Made by a program: the position numbers and the translations under genes. From the NCBI GenBank assembly GCA_030265395.1, contig JARFYF010000001.1, positions 135,347,406-135,411,405 on the forward strand: 64,000 nt of DNA. Reading direction: 5' to 3'. Source of the DNA: Rhina ancylostomus (lineage: Eukaryota). The notes under the pieces are model-generated. The model was given only the letters and a program-made list of their open reading frames with translations, was not told the DNA's origin and made no database searches. How positions within the stretch are numbered: position 1 is the stretch's first letter; each line of letters starts with the position of its first letter. Below, in pieces: positions 37,830-52,276 of this stretch.

Positions 37830-38432
37830 ACAACAGAAAAAATATTCTATACACAATGTGGCTACAAGAATAAGTCACAGGTTAGGAACTCTGAAGCGAG
37901 TAACTTGTCTAACTCCCCAAAGCCTGTCCACTATCCAAAAGGGTCATGTCAGGAGTGTGATGGAATACTCTGTCTGGATGAGTGCAACTTCAACACTATA
38001 AAGGACATAACAGGCCACTTGATAGGTACCCCATCCACAATCATTCACTCATTCCACTACCAACACACAGTAGCAGCAGTTTGTACCATTTAAGGATTCA
38101 TTGCAGCAACCCACCAAGACCCCTTAGACAGCACCTTCTAAACCCATGACCTCTACCAGCTAGAAAAACAAGGGCAGCAAAACGATGAAAACACCACCAC
38201 CTGGAAGTTTCCCTCCAAGTCACACACCATCCTGACTTGAAAATATATGACTGTTCCTTCACCATTACTAGGTCAAAATCCTGGTACTATCATTGCTGTT
38301 ATAACCATAGTGCAAAGACTGCAGTGGTTCAAGCTGGCAGCTCACCACCACCTTCTCAAGGGCAATTAGGGATGGGCAATTAAATACTGGCTCAGCCTGT
38401 GAAGCCCACATCCCCTTCACTGAATAAAAAAC
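37830..38432 (+). mobile_element. Non-LTR retrotransposon 3' fragment (RT C-terminus plus tail)
   Basis: LTPQSLSTIQKGHVRSVMEY followed by tail gggcaattagggatgggcaattaaatactggc...cccacatccc...aataaaaa. A reverse-oriented copy of the tail lies at 45970-46270. Confidence 0.75.
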
Positions 38433-41400
38433 TCAAAAGGACAACCAAGAATTTAGTTTCTTTATATCTGGTGACTAATGAATGAAAATACCACTACCTA
38501 AATTGCTAGATTAAAAGCAATATTAAATTGTGTACTGATCCATCTTGCAAGTCTCAACTTTGTAGCTATTCTTGTCAACTTTATCTGTAAGTATTCGCAT
38601 CTGTGACAAAAATTTTTATTTAAAGGCTCAATTATAATGGATGCCAATAAATACTAATGACACTGCTTGCTTGTCAAGTTCAATGTGCTACATTTGAACC
38701 ATTTAGTTCTTTTTCAAGTCCCATTAATAGTTGTTAAAGCCTACTGACCCTGAAATCTTACCCAAAGAAATAAGCTCTAAATGAAGCCCTTGGCTGTTTT
38801 CGGTCCACTGCATCATTTAGATCCTGTCAAAGCAACTCATTAGGTGGCACAATGTCAAACATAAGAGTGATCAAATCTATCTTAATGCAAGATATGCTCA
38901 CAACCAGGACTCTTAGTTCAAATGACTAGGGTTCTTCATAGTTGTTTGGGTAACAACTGACACACCCATGTTTTCTTTTCAAAAGGCGAGGTTAAGCAAA
39001 AGAATGACAGTAAGATCAGTGTTGCAACTCAATTTTCAGTCATAAATTGTTTCATTTACACTCGAGGTATCCAAGAGGTAATAGCTCAAGAACATGGAAT
39101 TAGTGAATATCTTGTACAAGAAAAAATTCAAATTCTTCCATCCAAAGAGGTAAATCTACAAGGGTGTTTTCTTTTAAAATTGGTTACATTACATACCCAC
39201 AGGTTGTACCCTGTGGACAGGAAAATTAAGTATTCTCTGAAACTTTTAGGACACCATCTTCATCAAGTTACAATAACATGCATCTCTATAGGAAAAAATT
39301 GCTATTGAGAATATTTGAAAAAACTCATCTATGATGCAAGCTGGACTAAGAATTGGATGCATTTTGGAAGCAGCATTTCAAAACAGGTTTGAGAATCTAG
39401 CCCAACACCCCTCCCCCACCAATAGCCTCACCCATTAATGAGGGCTTCTTTGACAGCGGCTCCTTGACTATCAGAACAGCAGGCTTTTATCAATACCTGT
39501 CAATCCAATTTTCATTGACTTAATATAATTTGGGGAATGAAGAATGCACTAATGGGCAGGCCAGTTACACAAGGTTTCTGAGCAGAACCATCTTACTGTC
39601 ATGACAGTTAACGAGAAAACTTTTGCAGCACCATAACATGGCAACTAAAGGCCAGTTACATTAACTATGGGATTGCAAAGGGCAAATCCAATGACTAATG
39701 CATCAATAATCAGGCAATCCAATTCTAAAGGTGATGACTGAAAGAACCAGAAAACATCTATTTTTTAATGCAACAAATCTAAATGGATAGAATTGAAGCA
39801 TGCCGAGTGGGTAAAGGATGCTGACTCAACAGGATTCCTCAATAGGGAATTAAATAAGTGGAGAAACAATTTTGATGGGTATGAGGAAAAGTGGGACTAG
39901 ATTTTTCTGGAAGAGANNNNNNNNNNNNNNNNNNNNNNNNNNNNNNNNNNNNNNNNNNNNNNNNNNNNNNNNNNNNNNNNNNNNNNNNNNNNNNNNNNNN
40001 NNNNNNNNNNNNNNNNNNNNNNNNNNNNNNNNNNNNNNNNNNNNNNNNNNNNTTGTATGGTTAGCAGTTTCAGATCAGGTATCTGCAGAATGGTTATGTC
40101 ACTAGCCCACATGAGATAAATGTTGGTGATAACATCAACACCGTATTGCATTATGGTTTTACTTTGAAAGTTTCAACTGCTATCGCTGCTTCTTGTATTA
40201 CTTCCCATAATGGCTGTCACAGTTCGACAGGTCAATCTCAACACTAATGGTTGTGCAACACAAGACATTAAACTGATTAACAGTCCCAGATGTTTTTCTT
40301 AAGAAAAAAAAACAGTTGGATGAAATCTAACAGAACAGCTTCTTAATTTCCTGGACATCTATCTTAAAACTGCAAATTCCTATTTAAAAATGAACGATCC
40401 CTAAACCTGGGCGAATAACCCGTAGTAATTTTCATCAACCAGCTAAGAATGGTTACCCAATTAATCTCTGCGGTTTGAGTGCGGCTCTATTTCCTGTCGA
40501 GACTATAAGACCTTTTACAGATTGACTGATACTCTGCGTAGGCGTTCCTGCCCCTTAGAAGCTTGGAAATGGAAGGCGACCGCTGTAATTATCTGCCGGC
40601 AGATGAAAAGGAAGCTGAGAGAACTGTTTCAAAAGGATTCGGCCTCTACATCTGGAAGCTTTTTTTTTTAAACCCCCCCCCTTGAATTTCTTGGAACGTA
40701 TCTGGAGTTGTTTAAGGCAAACATGCAAGTGTTCTGGGTGAAGGAATGCACGTTGTAAGACCAGCAGTAAAACTGAATGTCAGAGTGATTTACTTCAATT
40801 GCACCACACCTCTCTCCAAATGCCCCATCCCACCCAAAGTCATAGATCTGTGTAATGAGTTCATCTTTGAATGCTTCAGTTCAGCTTATCTTTTAAAAAA
40901 AATCACCCTTGAGGATGAACAGGTACAATATTTGCTTCACGCAACTGCAAATATATTAAAGGTACTGGATTAGCAAAATTTGACAAATGTGGAGTTATTT
41001 AATGAACTTTCATTATATATTCAGGAATGATCAATTCAAATTATTCACAATTTCAAATCTCAACTCCAGCAGACCAAATACCAGCAAATTCTGGAGCCTT
41101 CCTTTAAATTCAATTCCTAGTCAAGTACTGTTACACATTTAAGCAGAAACATACAATACCATATGCAACATTCCACAATCTGCAAATACAGAACTTGAGT
41201 GCAGAACACTGCCTGCACAGAACTACTAGTCAAATGGAAAATCACCTGCTACAAGTTAAACACGGAGTTCACCTTGAATATAAAGATGGGCCAGTGAATA
41301 TTTGCTTCTATTCATGCTCAAAGGAATTTAAAATAAATTCTTTTGCATAATATTTTGTGATTGAAAACAGTTTGGGTGATTACAGCCCTTTGACTTCAAA

Positions 41401-42199
41401 GTATAATTATTATGGTTGAAAACAAATCAACTTGCATCATTCAGTTTTGATTTACACGCGTGAGTGGCTTTGCACTTGATGTTGAATTTCATCTTCCACC
41501 CAAATATCTAAGTGTGATCAAACCTTCATTCATTTCATCCAATTCAGCTTTGCTGCCTTCCACATTCATTATCTATATCATCTGGGTACTTCATGTCTCT
41601 GTGCACATGAACCGCTAGCTCCAGTTCAATTAAAATATTGAACAATGATCCAAGGCACCTGTGTGGGATCCTACTACATTATATTCTCCCAAGCTAAGAA
41701 CCACCCTGCTCTGCTCACTGGCTTTTAATTGGACAATTGTTTCCCCTGTGGAATATTTCCACCTGCTTTATTTTCAGGACCAGCCTTTCCAGGCAAACTG
41801 CAAAGGTTTTACTGAAAGCAGAGCATCTGACCATTCATTTATAAACCTTCGTTAGATCTTTAATGTTTGATTGGCAGGACTTTTCCATCAGAATTATATG
41901 CTGATGGAATTAAGTTTCTAAACTTAAAAGCAGTGGAGTTCTCCCAATTGCCTTAACCAATACTTATCTTGCAATCAACAGCACTTTAACAAATTGCAAG
42001 GTCAAAAATCACACTGCTGTTTGAGAGAGACTGCTGTATGCAAACTGGCTGCCACATTTGCATTACAACATTGGCTATACGTCAAGAGTACTTAGTTGGT
42101 TGCTACATGCATTGGGATGGTAAGTTGGTGTACGAACTGTATGAATCCAATTTTTTTCTTTTCATGATTGTCTTTAATGAGGGTAGTCACATATTATAT

Positions 42200-44100
42200 T
42201 ATATTCATGTGTGTATCTGAAATCCTCTTAAATTCCACCAAACTGCCTGCTTCCACTACGACCCCTGGTAATCTATTCCAGGCACCTACCACTGAGTAAA
42301 AAAAACTTGCCCCTCACATCACCTTTAAATCTCCCCCTCTAACCTTAAAAGCATGTCCTCTGGTATTTGACATTTCTATCCTGGGGAAAAAATTTGACTG
42401 TCTACCCTATCTATGAATCTCAATTTTATAAATCTCTATCAGGTCTCCCCTCAGCCTCTGATGCTCTAGTGAGAACAATGTATCCCTCCTCAAACTCTCC
42501 GTCCTACTCCTATATGAACACAGATAAAAATATTCATTTAGGACCTTGACCACATCTCCTGGCTTTGCACAGAGGTTACTGCTTTGGTCCTCAAGAAGAT
42601 GCACTCTTTCCCTAGCTACCCTTTTGCTCCTAATATACAAAGGATGACCTAGGAATCTCCTTAATCTTACTTGTTATCATCAAGAATATTTTGACTTTTT
42701 TGCCCTCCTAATTTTTTTTTAATGTAATCTGCTATACCCTCAATATTTCTCAAGGGATTCACTTTGTTTGCAGTTGCTAATACCTGTCACGTGCTTCTTC
42801 CCTCCCCTTGAATAACCTTTGTCATCTAAGATTACCAATTTTGCCATCTTTTTTCCTTTCACCCTTACCAGAACAAGCTGGCCCTGAACTCTTGCTGACA
42901 CTTCTAAGAGACTCTCACTTATCAGATGTTGTTTTACTTGCAGACACCGGCTCCTATTCTACTTTCGCCAGGTTCCCTCTTGTGCTCTGAAAAATCAGAC
43001 TTCCTTCAATTTAGGACCTTAAGGACCAACCTTGTCCCTTCCCATAACTTTGAATCTTACAGAACCGTGGTCACCATTTCCAAAGTGTTCTCCAACGAAC
43101 ATTTTCATCACCTGCTCAGTTTCATTTCCTAAAGACGAGGTCAAGTACAGCCCCTTCTCTGGTAGGGCTATGTATTGTCTTGAGAAAAAAAAACTATCTT
43201 GTACACTTAAGTTCCATCCCATCTGAGCCTCTTACACTAAGGCAATACCAGTCAATATTGGGAAATTTAAAAATTCTCCACTACTATAACCCTATTGTTT
43301 TTACACCTTCCTGCAAACTGTGTAAATACTTGTTCCTTAATTCCCAATATCAGGAGGCCTATAGTATAACTGCAAAGTGAATGCCCTCTTACTCCTAAAT
43401 TCTACCCATACTGTTGTGTGGGATAATCCCTTCAGGATAACCACTGATCCTCTCCCTAATCAGCAGTGCAACTCTACCTCTTTTGCATCCTCCTGTCAAG
43501 CCTGAAGCTTCTATACCCTGGTTCATTAAGCTGCCAGTCCTGCCCTTTACTCAGTCATGTTTCTGTGATTGCAGTAATATCATAATTCCACATGCTAATC
43601 TATGTTCTAAGTGCAGTAACTTACTGTGAAGCTCCTGTCATTAAAGTAAATGCAGTTGAGGCTTACTCCCTATGTCCTAACCTGTGTACTGGACTTGCAT
43701 GATTTATCCTCTACATTTGGGTCAATCTCCCTACCTGCCACACTACTACCAAGTTGCTCCCCTGCCAAATTAGTTTAAACCCTCCAGAATAACGGGAGCA
43801 AATCTCACTGCAAGGATTGGTCCCCTTCCGGTTTAGGGGTAACCCATTCTGTGTGTACAGGTCCCAATCTGCTTCAGAAGTGATTCCAATGATCTAAATA
43901 CCTTAAGTCCCTCTCTCCAGCTCTTTAGTCTAGCATTCACCTGCCTATCCTATTTTTACCCTCAAGCATGTGGTGTGGGGAATAATCCTGAGCTTTTGAC
44001 CTAGAGGTCCTGCTTAACTCCCTAAATTCACTCTGCAGGACCTCAATCCCCTTTCTACCTATGTTGTTCAGAGAAATGTGTACTCCAGCTTCTGGTATCA
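42200..44100 (-). mobile_element. Decayed CR1-type LINE with internal deletions (endonuclease region and 3' end)
   Basis: Minus-strand VGEHFGNGDHGSVRFKV (SDH-type APE endonuclease end motif) and LFSLEHQRLRGDLIEIYKI (RT C-terminus). Confidence 0.8.
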
Positions 44101-45619
44101 TTCCTCTTTTGCACTTATTTTTTTAACTAGTAATTTTTGTGTTTTTGACTTGCACTGTACTGCTGCTTCTGATTCTCCCCCTTCACAATGTTGTGTACCC
44201 AATCTGAGACCTCTGACTCTGGCAGTGGAACATTCTGGAGTCTTGTTTTTGGCCACAGGAAAAACCTGCCTGTTCCCTTCACTAATGAATCCCCCACCAC
44301 TTTGCTTCATATTTTTCCATTTAGAGTTATTGAGCGCAGAAACAGGCTCTTGTCCATGCTGAACAAGATTACCATCCTTAGATGGGAATTCCCATTCACC
44401 TGTGTTTGGTCCACAACACTGTAAACCTTTCCTATGCACTTCCGGGCGATGTTTTAACTTGAGGTAGTTGATGCAAATTGATGGTTCGCAAGTCTTGATA
44501 ATCTTATGTTCCTTATGGTACATATTCTTGTAAAGTGAACTGTTCCAGATCAGTGCTCCCAGCAGGCCATTAGTTAATCCAGGCCTTACAGCCACTGCTC
44601 CAGTACTGTGGCTTCCAGTCAGTTCCTGTCTATGCCATGTCCCTCATAATCCAGCAGCATGCAGGTACTTAAGGAAAACATCCACAGTGTTGAACAAGGA
44701 ACCATTTGTCTCCTGCCAGTCAGTTCACTTAAGTGATCTGGATTAGATAGAAGCCTAAATATCAAGGATGGATTAGTGTTTATCTGACAAGGCAAAATAG
44801 AACATCGTGCTCTATTGCAGAATGAAACATCTGTGGGGAGCAAACTAGTCTGTAAACAAAAGGAATCCACCTACTCACCTGAATCAATGGAGACATCTCT
44901 TCCATAGCCAGTGCTTTTCAGATGACAATCAGTTTTTTTATTTAAACATTCCGATGTTTCAAAGAACAGCATAAAAGTAGTGTAAAATTTTTTTGTTTAG
45001 AAGGACTAATTTTTCTGACAACTCAGGGAAATACAAATTTTCTTGAAAAGTACACTGCAGGAAAAATTCTCACACCTTTAAAAGCCTTCCAGCAGATTTC
45101 CTTTATTTCCCAATCACTAACACTAATTTTCAGCCCCTACTTAAGTCATTGCTCAATTCAATAACAAGTAGATCAAAAATAGAAACAATACTTTTCNNNN
45201 NNNNNNNNNNNNNNNNNNNNNNNNNNNNNNNNNNNNNNNNNNNNNNNNNNNNNNNNNNNNNNNNNNNNNNNNNNNNNNNNNNNNNNNNNNNNNNNNNNNN
45301 NNNNNNNNNNNNNNNNNNNNNNNNNNNNNNNNNNNNNNNNNNNNNNNNNNNNNNNNNNNNNNNNNNNNNNNNNNNNNNNNNNNNNNNNNNNNNNNNNNNN
45401 NNNNNNNNNNNNNNNNNNNNNNNNNNNNNNNNNNNNNNNNNNNNNNNNNNNNNNNNNNNNNNNNNNNNNNNNNNNNNNNNNNNNNNNNNNNNNNNNNNNN
45501 NNNNNNNNNNNNNNNNNNNNNNNNNNNNNNNNNNNNNNNNNNNNNNNNNNNNNNNNNNNNNNNNNNNNNNNNNNNNNNNNNNNNNNNNNNNNNNNNNNNN
45601 NNNNNNNNNNNNNNNNNNN

Positions 45620-45802
45620 AACGAGCTACCAGAGGAAGTGGTTGAAGCAGGTGCAATAACACATGGACAGGTACGTGGATAAGAAAGGTTTAGAGGGAAA
45701 TAGGTCAAATGCAGGCAAATGGGACTAGCTTAGATGGGCATCTTGGTTGGCATGGACGAGTTGGGATGAAGAGCCCATTTCTGTGCTGTATTACTCTGTG
45801 AC
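45620..45802 (+). mobile_element. CR1-type LINE 3' end
   Basis: NELPEEVVEAG followed by the 3'UTR gcaggcaaatgggactag...ggcatggacgagttggg...ctgtgctgta. Confidence 0.8.
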
Positions 45803-45969
45803 AATGTTTGATTCTCCCACTTCACAAAAACAGCTATTTATATTCTTGGTTTGAATAGGCACCCACTCCTCTGCAAAGGGTTCTTCACCAATAGTCAGGT
45901 TAATCCAATTTGCATTAGCCATTTCTAATGTCTCCTCATGTTTGAAAATTTATGTCTATAGGGAACTTT

Positions 45970-46270
45970 TTTTTTCATTTTTCTGGATGTGGGTGTTGTT
46001 GGCAAGGCCAGCACTTATTGCCCTTCCTTAAGGTGGTGGGTGCTAGTGAGACACCCTTTGGAACCACTACAGTAGATGTTCCTATAGGACTGCTGTAGTA
46101 GTTCTGGAATTTAGAAACAGTGATGAACCACTGGCACTTCCAAATCAGGATGGTGAGACTTTGAGAACCTGTAAGTAGTGTGTCCATGCACCTGTTGCCC
46201 TCATCTTCCTTGCTGGTACAGCTTTGGCAGGAGCTAGAGTAGTCCAAACGAGAAAGTGAGGTGCATTTAG
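45970..46270 (-). mobile_element. Same LINE family as 37830-38432, reverse orientation
   Basis: ggatgtgggtgttgttggcaaggccagcacttattgcccttc...caaatcaggatggtgagactttg. Confidence 0.7.
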
Positions 46271-46459
46271 TAGGTGGTGATGTACACTTTACAAAAAGGG
46301 ATCATCTCCAGATCTGNNNNNNNNNNNNNNNNNNNNNNNNNNNNNNNNNNNNNNNNNNNNNNNNNNNNNNNNNNNNNNNNNNNNNNNNNNNNNNNNNNNN
46401 NNNNNNNNNNNNNNNNTGTACACTTTACAAACAGGGATCATCTCCAGATCTGGGTGCCA

Positions 46460-46930
46460 CGCTCAAGGAAAAGTGTGGTAGAAATAGAAGGGTGCTAAAG
46501 AAATTCACCAGAATGATTTTTGGAATGAGGGACTTTAGTTGCAAGAATTGAAGGAATAGCTGGGTTTGTTCATGGTGGAATAGAAATCACAGAATGGAAG
46601 TATTTAAAAGTCATGAAGATTATAGACAATAGATGTAGAGAAACTAATACCACTGGTGAAAGGGTCACTCAAGTAGCAGGAAACACAGAATGAAGGTGAT
46701 TGGTGAAAGAATCAAAGATGACAAGATTTTAAACCCAGTGGTTAGAGTAAGGATAGACTGACAGTAGTAGTGGGGGCAAGTTCAACTGTACAGTTCAGTT
46801 GGGAGCTGGATGCATTTCTGAAAGACTTTGCACGGATTTTGGGAGATGAGTTAAGAATGGGACTAGCTGGATTGCTCTTACAGTGAGTTGATACAGATGC
46901 AAGTGGCCTCCTTCCATGTTGCAACCATTC
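46460..46930 (+). mobile_element. Decayed CR1-type LINE 3' fragment
   Basis: aaattcaccagaatgatt...gctggatgcatttctg...gggactagctggattgctct...tggcctccttccatgttg. Confidence 0.6.
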
Positions 46931-49900
46931 CAATTGAAAGTTGTAAGAAGATGATAGCCCCACTACATCACAAGCCTCAAAGCTGCTGCTTTTTGTGGGA
47001 TTCAACCTGATAAAAATGTTCTGTACGAAATTTATTTTAAAAAGTGCCCATTTTAAGAAATTGGACCACAGATTCTCTTCAATCTAAAAGATTATGTGGC
47101 TGCATGGAGGGGAAGGGAGGAAATGCCTGATATTGATGCTCAGGACATGAGCATGGTGCAGACTTCATTGACCTTGCCCCCAATTTACACATTTGAAAAT
47201 GTCACAAATTTTACAGCAGAGAAAATATTTATGGGAACATGGCATTGTATTTTGGCCTAAAGTTTCACATTTGTGTATAGCTGTTCAGCACAACCTAGAT
47301 TTGATTAGCAAGAAACTAGAATGAAGACTTCCAATGAACTCTTGTTTATGCGCAGGAGTATCATGATCTTTATCTTTGTGAAGAGAGATACCTGGAGTTA
47401 CAATATAAAATAAATACAATCAGGGCTATGCATTGATCTTTGCTTATCTTAGTTTATCTTTTGTCCAAAAGCAGCCCAGGTGCAAGTGTGTTTTTTTTGT
47501 TTAAATCTACGTGCACCAAGGCAAGTTATTTTCCGAGAATGACAAAAATGTCAGNNNNNNNNNNCGAAGTCACGGTACATCCAAATAAAATGCTTTTGTT
47601 TTAAAGAAAAACTCCAATACCAAAAAGGCAACTACATTATACTGAAATAAAAACAGAAAATACTGAAAGAACTCCAGTTGGGCAGCACCAATGGAAAGAA
47701 ATGGAATGTTTCAGATCAAAAGACCCTTCACTGTTTCTTTCCACTGATGCTATCTGATCTGAGATTTTCCTGCATTGTTTCTCTTCTATTCAATATGTCA
47801 ATTTAGTTCACCACAGGTTACTAACCCAATCTAGTCAAATATCTCTACTGACACTAGTACAACTTAGATACTTAATCATGAAGAATATGAAGAATGGGAT
47901 GTTGATGAGAAAACTGCATGTTTGCAAGACTTTTAAAATCCATCCCACNNNNNNNNNNNNNNNNNNNNNNNNAAAGCACACAAGCAGATTTAAATACACC
48001 AAGGACTGCTTGTTTAATATTTATAGTATTTACATGGCTTCAAGCTGCTTCTCCAGCCACAAACAAGAATTCATGGGAACCTGGAGGAAGCCTGCTTCAG
48101 GCAAGAATAAACTCAATGACACTGACTAGAGATATAGTGTGAACTCTCTCCAGTAGAAGATTCTTTCAGTGTACATTTCCATTTATGGTTTAGCTTGCTG
48201 TATAATCAAAATCCCAACTGAAGTATAGCACATTTTTTAAAAGCCTTGAGTTGCCACACATCTCAGATCAAAGTAGCTTAAGAGCAAGTCAACCTGTTTA
48301 TGTTCAAACCTTCATTTGGAAACAGTAACTCATGAAATTTTGTGCTTGTACTGGAGGGCAGTTGACCAAAGAGGGAAAGCAAATAAAGTGATGACGCTCT
48401 CCTCCAACCCACTACTGGTTCCCTACAGATCTCTGGTGGTTTACTACCGAATATAACCAATGTAATCTTGTACACATAACAACTGTTCACTAAGACTCCC
48501 CTCTCTTCTCCCAATTTGCACACCCCACCACAGAATGCACATTTTCCTGTTGCAGGAGCAGCTTTAGTATACAAAACTTGACAGGTATGCCTCAGGAGAT
48601 CAAGTATTTAAATAGAGGCCCGGAAACCTTACATATGGTCTTGGTCTTTGACTTGATAATGATAATTTGAGGACTAGCAGATTCCAGGGCCCAGAAATCA
48701 AATATTGGGAGGTATGAAGTGTCCCTGCTGTTCCTTTTATCTGCTCAAAATTCAAGGCAAGCACTTGTACAACTTTTGCAGTTGACCAAATTGCTTTAAT
48801 ATCTAGAGATCAGAATGCCAGTGCAGCAAATCAACTCGAATCCCTGCTGTCCTGGAGGCTCATTAGGAAACCATAACATGACTATATGAACACCAAATCG
48901 TCCTGTGGATTGCAGTGGGGAAGGGTCCCCCTCGTGTAACCATTCCTTAGAGTAGGCACTGTTTCATTTTAGTATTTGGCAGCTTAAGCAAGCTTTTAGA
49001 ACTAATGTCAAAGCCTACATATATTTACACTTAGTAAACCCAATTAAACATTGAACTCTACCTTCCCCACTCCATATCAACTCAAAGTACTGAGCTTTTT
49101 AAAACTTTGTTCTGGTTTAGAGTACCGAGAACATTAAGTTTGCAATACCAGCTCATGGGTGTTCACCTGAGCAAGAAAAATAAAATCACCCATAAATTTC
49201 CATCTGAAAAGTTTATACAATTTTCCATTAAAATATTTGAAATAGTGTTAGAAACATTTTGATTGATGGATAGAGCCAAAGAGAGAATGAGATTCAGTCT
49301 CTTGTTTAAACGGTAAGGTCACGGAGAATTCTGACTGATGAAAGTTAGAAGCTGTTTTCACAAACACTATCAATCATTACATCTGACTTTCACTTGGGAA
49401 AAATTAGCCCTCAAGGGGAGCCTCTGATTTCCCTTTTCAAAAGTATGTTTTTCTAACATGCATCCTTGCCAAGTATTTTCTACATAATAAATGCACTTCT
49501 AACTCAAACACAAGTGATTTTTAATGCATTAAATCCCACAAAACAAATTGTATAAAATAGAATGGACACTGCAGAGGCAATATTCTAGAAAAGCTGAAGT
49601 GGTGACTTCTTTCCACAAGCAGGGCAGAATTAAACAAGATTCCCTTTAAAAATTGTTTGGTCACTTTATTTTAATATACCCCCTACTGCAAGATGGAAAC
49701 TCATGGTTTCTGCTTATTCTAATCGATACCTTGGTGTCCAAGACACTCATACTGCTCTTAAACCCCAATGTGTGTTCTGGAGGCAATAACTGTGTAATAA
49801 GTTATACAACCCATCCATATGAAAATAGTTTTGCTGCCAGAAGTTCTCTAATGGATGAGAAGAACTGGTACAGGACAACCTACTGATAAATTACCACCAG

Positions 49901-50429
49901 GAGCTGATGACCGTGGAAAAGCCCAATGTTCACAGGGAGCCATGGTCATTGAAAAGCTGCTCTGGGTAGAGGGGGCCTGTGAACCTGGAGTGAGCATCTT
50001 CCCTGCAGAAAAATACTCAATTCCTTCAGCCATCTGCTACCATTCCCTTTACACAGCCATTTCAACCTCATGAAGTAAACTTGTACCCCAGTCTGACAGT
50101 CTTTTTCCAGAAGCTTTTTGCATTTTATCTTTCAATCTGCTTCAGTCATCAATTCATTAAATCAGAACTGGGTAGAATGATGAGGTATGTGTTCATTAAC
50201 AATTGGATTATCTAAACTATATGTGAATGACTTGGAAAACTATTCACAGTAACATCAATTTGAGAAGAGATACTTTCCAACACAGCAATCTGCTACGACA
50301 AATTAGATTCCCGTGACCTTCCATATGGATTCCACCGGACATCAATTAAAAATGACTGATCCCTTATCCTGACAACATCTACTGTCATCCTATTTCAGAA
50401 TATTGTACATTTCGATGACATCAACTCTC

Positions 50430-50830
50430 ATCTGGATAAGTATTAGCTATTCCCACTCCCTCCCCATGGTTCAACATCATCCTAAAAATCATACAACCTA
50501 ACTCACAATACACAACCTCTTCCTTGGATATGGACACCAAAACCATGCAAATTACTCCAGGTGTGGTCTTACTAAAATCTATAATGAAGCGGCAAGACTT
50601 CTTACCCTTGTGCCCCAGGCCCCTTGTAGTAAAGGGCAACACATCTGCTTTCGCATGGCAACTTTCTACATTGTGTACTAGCTCTTCTAGGTCCTTCTGA
50701 AAACCAACATTAGCTTCACTATTTAAATAGATAACTTTCCAAATGTTCCTACCAAATAATCTAATTTTCTCACATTGTACTCACTCTGCCACCTGTCCAC
50801 CCTTACACTGTCTGAATGCCTTGACAACTC
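50430..50830 (-). mobile_element. Decayed CR1-type LINE RT fragment
   Basis: ttactccaggtgtggtcttactaa encodes an LVRPHLE-like motif on the minus strand. Confidence 0.55.
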
Positions 50831-52219
50831 ATTTTCCAAATCCATGCCAGCCAAATTAGAAGAAAGAATTGAACAAAGTCATTAACATAACCTGTAAATT
50901 GCTGTGAGCATTGTGTCATTTCTCATTGTACTGTGGGCAACATCACAACTCCCACCACTGTCTGCATGACTATTTCAAACTAATAAAAATCAAAGTCATT
51001 TACTACCAATACCCAACCTTAACACAAACTGCAAATCTCAGGATTTCACTCCATAACTACACAGATTCCCAATGTGACAATTCAAGTACAAATTCACAAC
51101 TGCCATACCGAACATCTGAAACTCGAACTATAATTGGATGCACAAAAGGACACAAAAGAAAGACGAAAATGTAATCCTGAATTTACACTGCACAGCTACC
51201 AAACTTCAAAAGTTAGAAGTGAAAAATACATGGAGCAGCATCAACATTTCTACTAGAGAAATTATTATAGGAGAAGACTGGTTCCCATCTTAGCCTCACT
51301 GATCACCCAAGTACCCACAGAACCCCAGTGGATGCAAGTCATCCTCAATCCCAAGATGCTGCTACAGGTAACCTAGAGAACAATTAAAACAGAGCAAATT
51401 GTTGAAATACTGTTTAAAGATTTCAAATGCAGGAAGTATTTACAATGTTAGTCATCCACCATTTCTTTCGATTTCCCAGTTTATAAAAACTGTACAAATC
51501 ATGAACTTTGATGTACTTCCCCTCCACTTAACTGTGGCCAAGTTACCTAATTAAGTTAAACCTTTTTAAAACTGAGACAATTCCATTGTAACCTTAGAAC
51601 AAGATGAAAACAAATCCTTATCTACTCCAAGCACTCAAGCTCCTTAAATATCAAATCACTTCCTATTCGCAGCATGCACACATCATAATTAAAGGATAAC
51701 ATTTCTTTTCAAATTAAATTATTTCTATTGGGCCTTTTAATCTAAAGGTGTCTTGATTCATTACAGGGTAATAGGTAGCAAACAGAAATGGCGAGGGTGT
51801 GGGGAGAAGAGAGAAAGAAAAATGCACTACGTCAACTGACCTTTTTACAAATCTTTGCTTCTTCACACAGTGGGAAATTAGTGTCTGTGAGGCATGAGAA
51901 CACTGACTCCTGCTTTGGATGAAAGGCATATCTTAGAGTCAAAAGGGAGATTACAAGCATCATGGGCCAAAGGCAGGTCCCAGTGCTACATTACCCTATG
52001 TTCTATTATACATCCCATAACAACTCAATAGTCACCTGTTCTAGATTATCTCCTCCCTGAACCATCACCCATGCCCTTTGTGGTAAATACAGTTAAGTAT
52101 TCATTTAGGAGTTCACCCACATCCCTGGCTCCACACAGAAATTACCCTTTTGGCTCCCAAGGGAACCCACTTTCTCTGGCCACTTCTTGTTCCTGATATC
52201 TTAGGGTTATATGCTGAAA

Positions 52220-52275
<56 letters not shown>

Positions 52276-52276
52276 N
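52220..52276. repeat. Poly-G run next to a gap (probably a sequencing or assembly artefact)
   Basis: Pure G run ending in Ns. The flank tatcttagg.ttatatgctgaaa is repeated after the gap, followed by poly-C. Confidence 0.7.

Noticed and set aside
44098-44595. 165-aa minus-strand ORF
   Set aside because: No recognisable domain, lies next to decayed CR1 sequence, has a non-ATG start and no splice support.
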